A DNA stretch of 64,000 nucleotides from Candidatus Fermentibacterota bacterium (GTDB lineage Bacteria > Fermentibacterota > Fermentibacteria > Fermentibacterales > JCC-6): contig CAWJQI010000005.1 in assembly GCA_963845085.1 (NCBI GenBank), positions 905,608 through 969,607 of the forward strand. Direction: 5' to 3'. Both the position numbers and the translations under genes were made by a program. Below the pieces are notes generated by a model that saw only the letters and a program-made list of their open reading frames with translations, had not been told where the DNA came from and did no database searches. Each line of letters begins with the position of its first letter. Position 1 is the first letter of the stretch. Shown in pieces: positions 1-8,524 of the stretch.

Positions 1-181
1 CGCCGCAGCCGGGGCAAGCCCGGCTTCGGGGTCGGCCCCGCACCATTGCGCCGAGGCGCAGGAGAGAAGCGAGGTTGTCCAGAGCTGCCGGAAGGGAACG
101 GCTGCCATAAGCCTCTCCGCCCACTCCGGTGGCAGTCCGCGGGTTTCGCCCTGAACAGCATTCCCGACAGCAAGTGCGAGT

Positions 182-1003
182 TTATCTTTCAGAGCCTTCA
201 ATTTCCATCTGCTTTCCGCTCTGATGGGGGTACAGCGCATGGTAGAGCCTTCTTTTCAGCGCCCTGTCGCTGAGTGAAGGTGAAAGAACACCGTCGATGG
301 CAAGCCTGCATGCGCCGCTCTCCTCGCTTACAAGAACGGCTATCGCATCGGTTCTCTCGCTTATGCCGATACCCGCCCGGTGCCTGCCGCCGAATCCCTC
401 GATTCCGAGATGCATGGGAAGAAAGGTGTGCGCCATCACGATCTTCTTTTCCCTGATGACCAGCGCGCCGTCATGAAGGGGACCCGGGGAGGTGAGCATG
501 GCTTCCACGAGCAGCGGGACGAACTCGATTCCGGGAAGCGGATGGTAGTCGCTGCAGAACCGGGTCAGGTCCTCGTCCCTCTGTATCACCATCAGTGCGC
601 CCATGCGTTTCCGGCTGAGCGTGGCGCAGGTGACCACCATGTTTTCGATGAAGACGTCCTGGATCTGCCCTGGTCTGCTCCGGTTGAGGAACTCCATCTC
701 CTGAAGGGACCGGCCGAGTCTGCTCAGCAGGTCCTTTATCTCCTCGTGGAAGATCACGATCAGCGCAACAGGAAGTATCTTGGCAGCCTCTTCGAGAATC
801 CTTCCCGTGGCGTGGAACTGCATCTGCTGAAGGACGACGGCCAGGATGATGAAGATGGCCACGGCGATGACAACCCTCATGGCCGGCTGGTTCCAGATGG
901 ACTTCAGCAGAAACCAGACGATGACGGTGAGAAACAGCACGTCGAGAAACTGCGTGAGCCAGAACAGGCTGAAAAAGCTGTTCCCCAGAAGGTTGAAGCT
1001 CAT
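182..1003 (-). CDS. cdaA: diadenylate cyclase CdaA (c-di-AMP synthase; N-terminal TM helices + DAC domain)
   Basis: ORF 182..1045. DAC-domain motifs HDGALVI and GGRHRAGIGISERTDAIAVLVSEESG, with a hydrophobic N-terminus. The ATG at 1003 directly abuts the folP stop (1000-1002), so I prefer it to the start at 1045. Confidence 0.9.
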   Translation of the reverse strand: MSFNLLGNSFFSLFWLTQFLDVLFLTVIVWFLLKSIWNQPAMRVVIAVAIFIILAVVLQQMQFHATGRILEEAAKILPVALIVIFHEEIKDLLSRLGRSLQEMEFLNRSRPGQIQDVFIENMVVTCATLSRKRMGALMVIQRDEDLTRFCSDYHPLPGIEFVPLLVEAMLTSPGPLHDGALVIREKKIVMAHTFLPMHLGIEGFGGRHRAGIGISERTDAIAVLVSEESGACRLAIDGVLSPSLSDRALKRRLYHALYPHQSGKQMEIEGSER

Positions 1004-2196
1004 GGCCCCATCCCGTCGAGAACCGCGTCCACCGCGCGGACGCACTCCTTCACGTTGTGAACCCTCAGCAAATCAGCTTTCCCGATGGAGAGCGCCGACA
1101 CCAGCGCAGTGGCGCGATCCCTCGCCGCAGGTTCGTTTTCTCCGGACAACAGGCCGAGAAAGCTCTTCCGGGAATGACCAAGAACAACCCTGCAACCGGT
1201 CGTCCGTCTTAGCCAGGGCGTGGCCCCGATCAGGTTGAGGTTGTCCCACGGGCGTTTGCCGAAACCGATTCCCGGGTCTACAAGGATCATGTTCCGGGCA
1301 ACGCCGGCGTCGGCGACCCGATTCACGTCGCCCAGAAGGCGAATGGCCACCTCGGATACTGCGTCGGAGTACTCGGGATCGTTCTGCATCGAAGCGGGCA
1401 CGCCCCGCATGTGCATGAGGATTGCCGCAACCCCGGTTTCCGCAGCAAGCTCCGCCATGCCCGGCGTCTTCATGCCGTTGATGGAGTTGATGATCAGGGC
1501 ACCGGCTGCAATGGCGGCCCTTGCAACCTCGGGTTCAGTGGTGTCTATGCTGATCACTGCGCCCGAGGAACCGGCCAGTCCCTCGATCACTGGAAGGACC
1601 CGCTCGATCTGCTGGCCGGGAGGGGTGGGCATCGAGCCCGGCCTTGTGGATTCGCCTCCTACGTCGATCACTGCCGCACCCTGCTCATGCATGGCGATAC
1701 CGTGTTCCACGGCCTTAGATGGCTCTGCCCATAGGCCCCCGTCGCTGAATGAGTCGGGGGTGCAGTTCAGGACGCCCATGAAAACAGGGCGGAACCCGAA
1801 GGAAAGGGTTCTGCCGCCGAGAACGATTGTGTCGGGAGCATCGGGAACACAGAGCAGTGCGAAGAGTTCCCTGCCCAGCTCCGGCAGACCGAACGGCTGC
1901 CCATTGAGGGATTCACAGCCGGCCCTGAGACATTTCGGGGTTCCGTACACCAGCGCGGAGCTCCGTTCGATGCAGCATGTGAGCACAAGCCGGTGCACAA
2001 GCGCATCAGCTCCGGCTGCAAGCATGCACTGCTTCAGTATCGATGCTGCGGGGGACCTCAGCGGCCCGGTTTTGAAGCAGACAATGTCGCTTCTTTCCCT
2101 GACCCTTGCCCAGGCTTCGTTGTCACAGCCCAGTTCCGACATGGCCCTTCTCCAGTGCAGGCTGCCATCCAGCAGAACGGGGTGTACCTGTTCCAT
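1000..2196 (-). CDS. folP: dihydropteroate synthase with ~125-aa N-terminal extension
   Basis: ORF 1000..2328. The C-terminal ~270 aa carry pterin-binding DHPS motifs (VFMGVLNCTPDSFSDGG, IDVGGESTRPG, DPGIGFGK). The ATG at 2196 overlaps the folE stop by 1 nt (TGATG). Confidence 0.9.
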   Translation of the reverse strand: MEQVHPVLLDGSLHWRRAMSELGCDNEAWARVRERSDIVCFKTGPLRSPAASILKQCMLAAGADALVHRLVLTCCIERSSALVYGTPKCLRAGCESLNGQPFGLPELGRELFALLCVPDAPDTIVLGGRTLSFGFRPVFMGVLNCTPDSFSDGGLWAEPSKAVEHGIAMHEQGAAVIDVGGESTRPGSMPTPPGQQIERVLPVIEGLAGSSGAVISIDTTEPEVARAAIAAGALIINSINGMKTPGMAELAAETGVAAILMHMRGVPASMQNDPEYSDAVSEVAIRLLGDVNRVADAGVARNMILVDPGIGFGKRPWDNLNLIGATPWLRRTTGCRVVLGHSRKSFLGLLSGENEPAARDRATALVSALSIGKADLLRVHNVKECVRAVDAVLDGMGP

Positions 2197-2768
2197 CACC
2201 TGTTCCGGATGCTCCTGCCGATGAGGGAAAGGGCTTCGGAGCGTGTTTCGAGCCTGCGCAGATGCCCCCGCATGGCACTGGTGACGATGCGGGAATCCCG
2301 CTTCTTGACCCCCCTCATGGCAAGACACATGTGCTCAGCCTCCATGACGACCATTACGCCCTTGGCCCCGATTTCGCTCATCAGGGTGTCGGCGATCTCG
2401 GTCGTGAGCCTCTCCTGTATGGTCGGCCTGGCGGCAAGGGTTTCAACGAGTTGTACGATCGAACCAAGGCCGGCGATCCGGTCGTCGGCAGGAATGTAGA
2501 CCACGTCGCACCTGCCCAGGTAGGGAAGAAGATGGTGCTCGCAGAGCGAGGCGAAGCTTATGTCCTTCACGATTATCATCTCGTTCTGGTCTGCAACGCA
2601 CATGGTGGATATGGGTTTCCTGACCCCTCCGATAAGCCCGCGGCAGAGCTCGGTCATGGATTGCGCAACCCTGGCCGGGGTGTCTTTCAGACCGGGTCGA
2701 TCAGGGTCCTCTCCTATCCCTTCGAGGAAGAGGCGGACGCCCTCAGCTATCTTGTTCAGGTCCTGCAT
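2196..2768 (-). CDS. folE: GTP cyclohydrolase I
   Basis: Motifs [16 protein letters not shown] and CEHHLLPY. The ATG at 2768 gives a ~190-aa product of typical FolE length; the longest ORF starts at TTG 2810. Confidence 0.9.
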   Translation of the reverse strand: MQDLNKIAEGVRLFLEGIGEDPDRPGLKDTPARVAQSMTELCRGLIGGVRKPISTMCVADQNEMIIVKDISFASLCEHHLLPYLGRCDVVYIPADDRIAGLGSIVQLVETLAARPTIQERLTTEIADTLMSEIGAKGVMVVMEAEHMCLAMRGVKKRDSRIVTSAMRGHLRRLETRSEALSLIGRSIRNR

Positions 2769-4695
2769 CGGCAACGTCACCCTCCGGTTCCTTGTGCTGT
2801 TCCAGATCAAGGCCGGGGAAAACCACGCCTGGCCTGAGTTCGTTCAGAAGCACACCGATCTCCTCTGCTCCAAGGGTTTCCTTCTCGAGAAGCAGAACGG
2901 TGAGCCTTTCCACAACATCCCTGTTCCCCTCGAGGATCTTTTCAGCCTTGCCGTAGGCTTCGTCAAGAAGCCTCTTGACCTCGACATCAACGGTTTTTGC
3001 CGTGTCTTCGCTGAAATCCTTGATCCTGGTCATGTCACGCCCGAGGAAGATCGGTCCGGTCTGATCGTGGAGCACCACGGGTCCGACAACGGGGCTCATT
3101 CCCCATTCGCAGACCATTCGGCGCGCCAGGTCGGTGGCCTGGATGAGGTCGTTGCCGGCGCCTGTGCTTCTGGTTTTCAGGAAGATGCGCTCGGCGGCCC
3201 TTCCGCCCATCGCCCTTGCAAGCATGCTGAGCAGGAACTCGAACGAGTAGTTGTGCCTGTCGTCGCGGGGGAGGAAGCTGGTCAGCCCGAGAGCCCTGTC
3301 CCTCGGGACGATGGTCACCTTGTGTATCGGGTCGGAGTGGGGGACGAAAATGTTGACTATGGCATGGCCGCTTTCGTGATAGGCCGTGAGTTCGCGTTCC
3401 TCGGTGTTCATCACGAGCGTGTGCCGTTCAACGCCCATGAGGATCCTGTCGGCGGCGTACTCGAAATCCTCCTGGTGTATTGTTTTGGCGCCCCGTCGTG
3501 CAGCCTTGAGGGCAGCTTCGTTCGCAAGGCTCTCGAGATCGGCCCCGCTGAACCCTGGTGTTCTCCTTGCTATCTTTTCAAGCTCGACATCCTTGTCCAG
3601 GGGTTTCTTCACGGTGTGAACCCCGAGGATTGCCTTGCGTCCCTTGATGTCGGGAAGGTTCACCACCACCCTCCGGTCGAACCTGCCGGGGCGGAGCAGG
3701 GCCGGATCGAGAACGTCGGGTCTGTTGGTGGCAGCCATTACTATCACGGCCTGGTTGGACTCGAAGCCGTCCATTTCAACGAGGAGGGCATTGAGGGTCT
3801 GTTCCCTTTCGTCATGACCGCCTCCGAGGCCCGAGCCCCTGTGCCTTCCAACCGCGTCTATCTCGTCGATGAAGATGATGGCCGGCGATTTTGCCTTGGC
3901 CTGGACGAAGAGGTCCCTCACCCTGCTTGCACCGACACCCACGAACATCTCAACGAAGTCGCTTCCGCTGAGCGAGAAGAACGGAACCTTCGCCTCTCCG
4001 GCCACAGCCCGAGCAAGAAGCGTCTTGCCCGTACCCGGCGATCCCATCAGGATGACCCCGCGGGGCACCTTGCCGCCGAGGCGCTGGAACTTTGCCGGTT
4101 CACGGAGAAACTCGACGATCTCCTCCAGCTCGAGTTTGGCTTCGTCACAGCCTGCGACATCCTCAAAGGTTGTCTTGGGTCTGTCGGCCCCAACGGCCCT
4201 GGCCCTGCTCTTGCCGAAGCTGAAAACCTTTCCGCCGCCCATGGCATTCCGCATGATGAAAAGCCAGAACACGAGCAGCAGAAGCATCGGACCAAGGTTG
4301 AAAAGGAATGTGAAAAAATCGACTTTCGGGGGTTTGCCCTCAATCATGACGCCGCTGTCAAGAAGAGCACTGATGGCGGCCTGGTCCTCGAACGGGACAA
4401 AGCTTTTGAACTTGAGGTATTCCACGCCTGCAATGGTCTGGGGTGAGCGGAACTCGCCCTCGACCAGCCCCCCGGTGTAGAGGATTGCCGACCTTACGCC
4501 CCCCCGCTCGGAGAAGTGCAGGAGTTGCGAGTATGAGATATCAGCCGAATCCGTGCCCTGATTCAGCACGGCAACGAGTGCATAGGCAAGCAGCCCGAGA
4601 AGGAGCCAGAGAGTGATGGTCCTCAGGGAGCATCCTGCGATCGGCGGCGGCTGGTTGTCGTCGGGTTTTTTTCCGTTCCCTCGGTTGGTGTCCAT
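2743..4695 (-). CDS. ftsH: ATP-dependent zinc metalloprotease FtsH
   Basis: Two N-terminal TM helices, Walker A GSPGTGKT, Walker [10 protein letters not shown], zinc motif HESGHA. The ATG at 4695 lies just downstream of the hpt stop; the longer ORF to 4824 would overlap hpt. Confidence 0.95.
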   Translation of the reverse strand: MDTNRGNGKKPDDNQPPPIAGCSLRTITLWLLLGLLAYALVAVLNQGTDSADISYSQLLHFSERGGVRSAILYTGGLVEGEFRSPQTIAGVEYLKFKSFVPFEDQAAISALLDSGVMIEGKPPKVDFFTFLFNLGPMLLLLVFWLFIMRNAMGGGKVFSFGKSRARAVGADRPKTTFEDVAGCDEAKLELEEIVEFLREPAKFQRLGGKVPRGVILMGSPGTGKTLLARAVAGEAKVPFFSLSGSDFVEMFVGVGASRVRDLFVQAKAKSPAIIFIDEIDAVGRHRGSGLGGGHDEREQTLNALLVEMDGFESNQAVIVMAATNRPDVLDPALLRPGRFDRRVVVNLPDIKGRKAILGVHTVKKPLDKDVELEKIARRTPGFSGADLESLANEAALKAARRGAKTIHQEDFEYAADRILMGVERHTLVMNTEERELTAYHESGHAIVNIFVPHSDPIHKVTIVPRDRALGLTSFLPRDDRHNYSFEFLLSMLARAMGGRAAERIFLKTRSTGAGNDLIQATDLARRMVCEWGMSPVVGPVVLHDQTGPIFLGRDMTRIKDFSEDTAKTVDVEVKRLLDEAYGKAEKILEGNRDVVERLTVLLLEKETLGAEEIGVLLNELRPGVVFPGLDLEQHKEPEGDVADAGPEQDS

Positions 4696-4705
4696 CAGGG
4701 ACCTT

Positions 4706-5215
4706 TCATTGAAGAGCCGCCACGAACGGCAGATTCCTGTAAAGCCCGCCCGGGCCGTCCAGCCCGTAACCCACCACGAAATGATCAGGGATCTCAAACA
4801 GAGCCCTGTACACCTCCACCTCAACCAGCCTTCTGGATGGCTTGTCGAGAAGAGCGACGGTTCGAAGGCCGGCGGGTGACCTTGACTTGATCAGTTTTTG
4901 AATATAAGCCAGCGTCAGTCCTGTGTCTACGATATCCTCCACGAGAAGCACCTGTTTCCCGGCAAGTGGAACCGTGGTGTCATGGGTCAGCCGCACCTCG
5001 CCTGACGAGACCGTGCTCGCCCCGTAGCTTGCAGCCCCAATGAAATCCACCGTGACGCTGCAGTCCATCGCCCTGACAAGATCCGCGGCGAAAACGAAGG
5101 ATCCCTTGAGAACGGGGATCACCACCACCTCGCAGTTGCGGTAGAGACCGCTCAGATCGGCTCCGAGTTCGGCCGTGCAGGTTTTTATGTCTTCCGCGGT
5201 GATGAGTGTTTTCAC
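4706..5215 (-). CDS. hpt: hypoxanthine phosphoribosyltransferase
   Basis: PRPP-binding motif [14 protein letters not shown] and a 169-aa length. The GTG start overlaps the tilS stop (GTGA). Sits in the conserved tilS-hpt-ftsH order. Confidence 0.9.
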   Translation of the reverse strand: MKTLITAEDIKTCTAELGADLSGLYRNCEVVVIPVLKGSFVFAADLVRAMDCSVTVDFIGAASYGASTVSSGEVRLTHDTTVPLAGKQVLLVEDIVDTGLTLAYIQKLIKSRSPAGLRTVALLDKPSRRLVEVEVYRALFEIPDHFVVGYGLDGPGGLYRNLPFVAALQ

Positions 5216-6132
5216 CCGAATCTTCCCTTTCTCTCTGACACGGACAGGTACACGGCGTCCGCCAGGAGCTTCATTCCACCGGGAAGCAGGTGCTCGCCGG
5301 AGCCTCCCGAGAGCAGCCAGGTGTCGGTCTTGCGCAGTTCTGAAGCTCCCGATCTCGGTTTTCCCGCCAACGACCAGAGGAAGGCAAGCCTCAGTGCGTC
5401 GGGCAGCTTCATGTACTCGGACCGTGTGATGCTGTTCTGCGCCCCTTCTGTGAGGTACTCCTGAAGATCACGCCAGAGCGACAGGACGGCGGCGGACCTT
5501 GAAAGGCCGTCGACTGCGCCAGGGAAACACTGTTCCAGAACGGGCATGACCAAAAGCCTTATCCTGTTCCTTGCAGCCGAATCCAGAAGATTTGTGGAGT
5601 CTTCCCGCCATGTCAGGCCGTTTTCATGAAGAAACGTTCTGACCAGCTCGCGATGAATGTCAAGCATGGGCCTGACCACCGGACCCCGGCCCCTGTAATC
5701 CATCCCGCCGAGCCCTCTCAGTCCGGACCCCTCGACAAGCCTCATCAGGAGTGTTTCCGCCCTGTCGCTCCGGGTGTGCGCCACGGCAACAATCGAGTTG
5801 CTTTGGGAATAGAGCCGATGCCTTACAAGGCTCCATCGGCTTTCCACGGACCCTCCTGAACCAGCCTCGGGTTTCTCGATCCTGCACGGGATCAAGAGGT
5901 TTTGGCATGTTTCCGAAACGAATTCGGCATCATCTCCCGAGTCGCCCCTGATCCCATGATCGATGTGGAGGACCTGAAGCCGCCAGTCCCGAGCAGGGGC
6001 GAACCTGTGAAGCAGGTGAAGCATGGCAATTGAATCAGCGCCTCCGGACACCGCAGCGGTGACGGCCGACCCTTTTGGAATCAGCTTTTCCCGCTTCACC
6101 GTATCCAGAAACAACCTTTCAACTGTGTCCAC
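5212..6132 (-). CDS. tilS: tRNA(Ile)-lysidine synthase
   Basis: N-terminal PP-loop motif AAVSGGADS, ~300-aa length, GTG start at 6132, and position upstream of hpt-ftsH. Confidence 0.85.
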   Translation of the reverse strand: MDTVERLFLDTVKREKLIPKGSAVTAAVSGGADSIAMLHLLHRFAPARDWRLQVLHIDHGIRGDSGDDAEFVSETCQNLLIPCRIEKPEAGSGGSVESRWSLVRHRLYSQSNSIVAVAHTRSDRAETLLMRLVEGSGLRGLGGMDYRGRGPVVRPMLDIHRELVRTFLHENGLTWREDSTNLLDSAARNRIRLLVMPVLEQCFPGAVDGLSRSAAVLSLWRDLQEYLTEGAQNSITRSEYMKLPDALRLAFLWSLAGKPRSGASELRKTDTWLLSGGSGEHLLPGGMKLLADAVYLSVSERKGRFG

Positions 6133-6144
6133 GCCCGAATATAA

Positions 6145-6304
6145 GGGGACGGACTTAGAAAGATTTGATTATGAACATAAAGCGTTACTATACAATGCTT
6201 TGTACTCAGGACTCAAGACTGACTGATTCGATTGATCAGGTGAACAGCCACAGCCACTGCAGGCAACTGCCAATGAAAAAACTAAGTTATCTTAGTCCGT
6301 CCCC
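6145..6304. repeat. AT-rich ~160-bp intergenic element bounded by inverted copies of a 14-nt motif (GGGGACGGACTTAG ... CTTAGTCCGTCCCC)
   Basis: Read directly: 6145-6158 and 6291-6304 are inverted repeats (13/14). The interior is much more AT-rich than the flanks. A third copy of the motif lies at 30749-30771. Confidence 0.55.
6187..6216 (-). promoter_or_regulatory. candidate sigma70-like promoter for the tilS operon (TTGAGT-N18-TATAGT)
   Basis: On the minus strand, -35 is at 6216-6211 and -10 at 6192-6187, inside the AT-rich element and ~50 nt upstream of the tilS start. Confidence 0.3.
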
Positions 6305-6307
6305 AAG

Positions 6308-6341
6308 TACAAAGAAAAGGCAGCCCGCAGAGGGCTGCCTT
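6308..6341 (-). terminator. rho-independent terminator downstream of tRNA(CAU)
   Basis: The minus strand reads AAGGCAGCCC-TCTGC-GGGCTGCCTT followed by TTCTTTGT: a 10-bp GC-rich stem plus a T-rich tail. Confidence 0.6.
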
Positions 6342-6347
6342 TGGATA

Positions 6348-6423
6348 TGGTAGCGGCGAAGGGACTTGAACCCCTGACCCGCGGATTATGATTCCGCTGC
6401 TCTACCAACTGAGCTACACCGCC
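6348..6423 (-). tRNA. tRNA with CAU anticodon (elongator Met or lysidine-dependent Ile2), encoded CCA
   Basis: Hand-folded 76-nt cloverleaf: GGCGGTG/TA/GCTC-AGTTGGTA-GAGC/A/GCGGA-AUCAUAA-TCCGC/GGGTC/AGGGG-TTCAAGT-CCCTT/CGCCGCT-A-CCA. Not an initiator: position 1:72 is paired and there is no GGG:CCC in the anticodon stem. Confidence 0.9.
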
Positions 6424-6436
6424 GTCGAGAGCCGGA

Positions 6437-6466
6437 AGAATAGCAGCGGACAGTGCTGCATGTCAA
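6437..6466 (-). promoter_or_regulatory. candidate promoter for tRNA(CAU) (TTGACA-N18-TATTCT)
   Basis: On the minus strand, -35 TTGACA is at 6466-6461 and -10 TATTCT at 6442-6437, with 13 nt to the tRNA 5' end. Confidence 0.4.
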
Positions 6467-6771
6467 GAGCTTTCCGGTTCGGAGAGCTTCATCTTCCACA
6501 TGAGCCTGTCTCCCTCGGAGAGCCTTTTCAGCCTTACAAGTGCAAGGATGATGCAGACAAGAAAAACGCAGGCCGCAAGGCCGAGAAACGCCAGAGTGGC
6601 AACCAGGGGTACCGGAAGGTAGTACTGAAACCAGAAGGTCGCGGCGGCAACGGCAAGAAGTATCGCAGGGGCTATGAGCAGCCAGGCGATTCCCCTCTGG
6701 ATCCGTCCCCGCTTCTCCATCCAGCGCTGGAACATTTCGGTCCGCTTAACCTGTTCATCTGTCCCGATCAT
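6463..6771 (-). CDS. small membrane protein, two predicted TM helices, unknown function
   Basis: 102-aa ORF with an ATG start. Two hydrophobic stretches (IAWLLIAPAILLAVAAATFWF and LVATLAFLGLAACVFLVCIILAL). Overlaps the upstream ORF end by 17 nt. Confidence 0.55.
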   Translation of the reverse strand: MIGTDEQVKRTEMFQRWMEKRGRIQRGIAWLLIAPAILLAVAAATFWFQYYLPVPLVATLAFLGLAACVFLVCIILALVRLKRLSEGDRLMWKMKLSEPESS

Positions 6772-7216
6772 TTCTCAGCCTTTCCTCAAGCAGCGCAAGA
6801 ACCCTTTCGCGGGATTCCGCATCAAGGGCTTCCCCCTCATGCTGAAGACGGAGCAGGATCGCCGTGGCGCCCGACCATTCGATCATGCTGGCCGTTACCT
6901 TGAAATCACGAACGACATCGAGCAGCGACCGGAAACCGTGAAGCTCGCCCTTCCGACCGCAGCAGATGATCGTGGCCTCCCTGCGTTCGCCGGTCACAAC
7001 ATCGGTCCAGGCCGGTTTCTCGAAGACGCTTGAGTCCTGGATGATCCTGCGAATTGTGTCGAACGCAAGCTGGATATGAAGGGCAAGCTCCTCTGAAGAC
7101 ACAGAAGCGCGCAGAAAGTCTTCAAGACGGTAGTAGAAATCAGTGACAAGCCCGTCCGGGATGTCGTGAAGGATCGCCTTCACGATCTCCAGCTGCTTTA
7201 CGTCGTTCAGCCTCAT
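6755..7216 (-). CDS. hypothetical protein with ACT-like C-terminal module (possibly the 3' part of the upstream gene)
   Basis: ORF 6755..7459. The first ATG after the upstream stop is at 7216. Deleting one G in the G4 run at 7259-7262 would fuse it in frame to 7251..8513. Confidence 0.45.
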   Translation of the reverse strand: MRLNDVKQLEIVKAILHDIPDGLVTDFYYRLEDFLRASVSSEELALHIQLAFDTIRRIIQDSSVFEKPAWTDVVTGERREATIICCGRKGELHGFRSLLDVVRDFKVTASMIEWSGATAILLRLQHEGEALDAESRERVLALLEERLRNDRDR

Positions 7217-7250
7217 GCCCTGATCAAAATCGCGGAACCTGCCATAGGCT

Positions 7251-8513
7251 TCACGGATCCCCGGATTTGACCGCGAGATAGGCATCCTCCATGTCCAGAA
7301 ATTCGCTTCTCTGCACAGTGATGTCCACCACATCCACCCAGATCTCACCATAGTTCGACGGGCTCTTGAAGCTGGACACTGACAGCCCGGGCTTTTCGTT
7401 GATCCTGTCGACCATCGTGAGAACCCGGTTGTCATGCTCCCTCGAGTCGCGTTCACCAAGTGTCACGACAAGAAGCTTCAGCTTTGCCGCAAACGTTTCG
7501 GTGGTCTCGAGGGCAAGGTACGCCTGGTTTATGCCTGTTTCACGGCATTCCTTCATGAGCAGCGGGATCAGGGCCCTTGCGTAGTTCTCCCTGCCGCCGT
7601 ACCTGTGTATCCGCACCAGCCTCTCCAGACGGTTGGACACCAGGAGGCTGTTCAGTGTGGTGGTGATGCAGGCGACCTCCTGCCTCGTCGCGGGAAGCCC
7701 CGAGGGGCCGGACATCTCGACCCTTACGGCAACTATGCCGTCAGGCGTTGTGTATCGCCGCTGATGCCTGATCGTCGAGCCGGGCCATGCGTAGCTGAGC
7801 GCGGTGAGAAGGTTCTGAAACGAGATGTCACGCTCGTAACCCACAAGGTTGATTCCGGTAAGGTGTTCGGCCACGGTTTTCAGGTTCTTCACCTTGAAGG
7901 CTGCGCGACCCCGGTTTCGGCGCACCTTCTTTATGAGGTCGTTGTTGGTCTTGACCATCCATGCAAGATCGGACGGCTTCCTCTCCCCCAGGTACTGGTC
8001 GCTCCGGGCGCTGATGAAAAGCACCAGCTCTCCTTTGGCGCTGGAAATATCCCTTGGGATGTTCCCCCGGTAGAGGCCCTCAAGCTCTTCTCTTACTGCT
8101 TCATATATCTCGATGCGCTCGGCGGCGCGGCTGAGAAGGCTCATTGTGCCCTCCCTGCCAATGGCAAGCTTCTTGAGAAGAATTTCCAGCTTTCCCGCAT
8201 CGCGGGCGAAGGCCTCGATTATCCCGGCATCGGCCGATCGAATGCCAACGATTATCACCCCCACGCGTCCGTCCTTTGACTCATGGGCGAAACCGTCAAT
8301 GAAATCAAGATTCCAGCCCAGATGGTGGAATTCGCCGATGACGATCGACGCAAGTCCCGCCCAATCCCTGGCGGAAACGGCCACAAGCGACAGCATGCCC
8401 GCCTGAAGGGTGATCACCCTCACTTCCCCGTCAGCCGCGCCGGCCCCCTCCAGATCAATGGCGATCTGTTTTCTGAGTGCCCGGGAAATGCTGAAAAAAC
8501 GGTTCGGTGCCAT
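7251..8513 (-). CDS. hypothetical protein with repeated ACT-like modules
   Basis: ORF 7251..8534. The ATG at 8513 is preceded by AAGGAAGG. The N-terminal module ARDWAGLASIVIGEFHHLGWNLDFIDGFA resembles GlnD-type ACT domains. I recognise no catalytic motif. Confidence 0.6.
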   Translation of the reverse strand: MAPNRFFSISRALRKQIAIDLEGAGAADGEVRVITLQAGMLSLVAVSARDWAGLASIVIGEFHHLGWNLDFIDGFAHESKDGRVGVIIVGIRSADAGIIEAFARDAGKLEILLKKLAIGREGTMSLLSRAAERIEIYEAVREELEGLYRGNIPRDISSAKGELVLFISARSDQYLGERKPSDLAWMVKTNNDLIKKVRRNRGRAAFKVKNLKTVAEHLTGINLVGYERDISFQNLLTALSYAWPGSTIRHQRRYTTPDGIVAVRVEMSGPSGLPATRQEVACITTTLNSLLVSNRLERLVRIHRYGGRENYARALIPLLMKECRETGINQAYLALETTETFAAKLKLLVVTLGERDSREHDNRVLTMVDRINEKPGLSVSSFKSPSNYGEIWVDVVDITVQRSEFLDMEDAYLAVKSGDP

Positions 8514-8524
8514 CAACGCCTTCC

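Noticed and set aside
1-181. Possible 5' end of a gene downstream of cdaA on the minus strand (ATG at 108, MAAVPFRQLWTTSLLSCASAQW...). This is the position where a CdaR/YbbR regulator gene would be expected.
   Set aside because: Only 36 codons are visible, there is no clear TM or YbbR motif, and a second overlapping frame (ATG at ~160) is also open. GC3 favours the 108 frame, but I cannot support a call from this little sequence.
2560-4446. Very long ORFs on the strand opposite to strongly supported genes. Examples: 2560..4446(+) opposite ftsH, 30888..32180(+) opposite gdhA, 43633..44886(+) opposite ribBA, 56403..57560(-) opposite the mutase, 16636..17742(-) opposite the Tim44-like gene, and 58449..59249(+) opposite the RCC1 gene.
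   Set aside because: These are mirror-frame artefacts typical of GC-rich DNA, where stop codons are scarce. Their translations are Arg/Gly/Pro/His-rich low-complexity sequence with no motifs, while the opposite frame carries unmistakable family motifs.
6165-6353. 62-aa ORF (and 6023..6226) inside the AT-rich repeat-flanked element.
   Set aside because: There is no RBS, and the codon usage is unlike the GC3-rich genes of the window. The ORF runs across the tRNA terminator hairpin into the tRNA 3' end, so a non-coding element is more likely.
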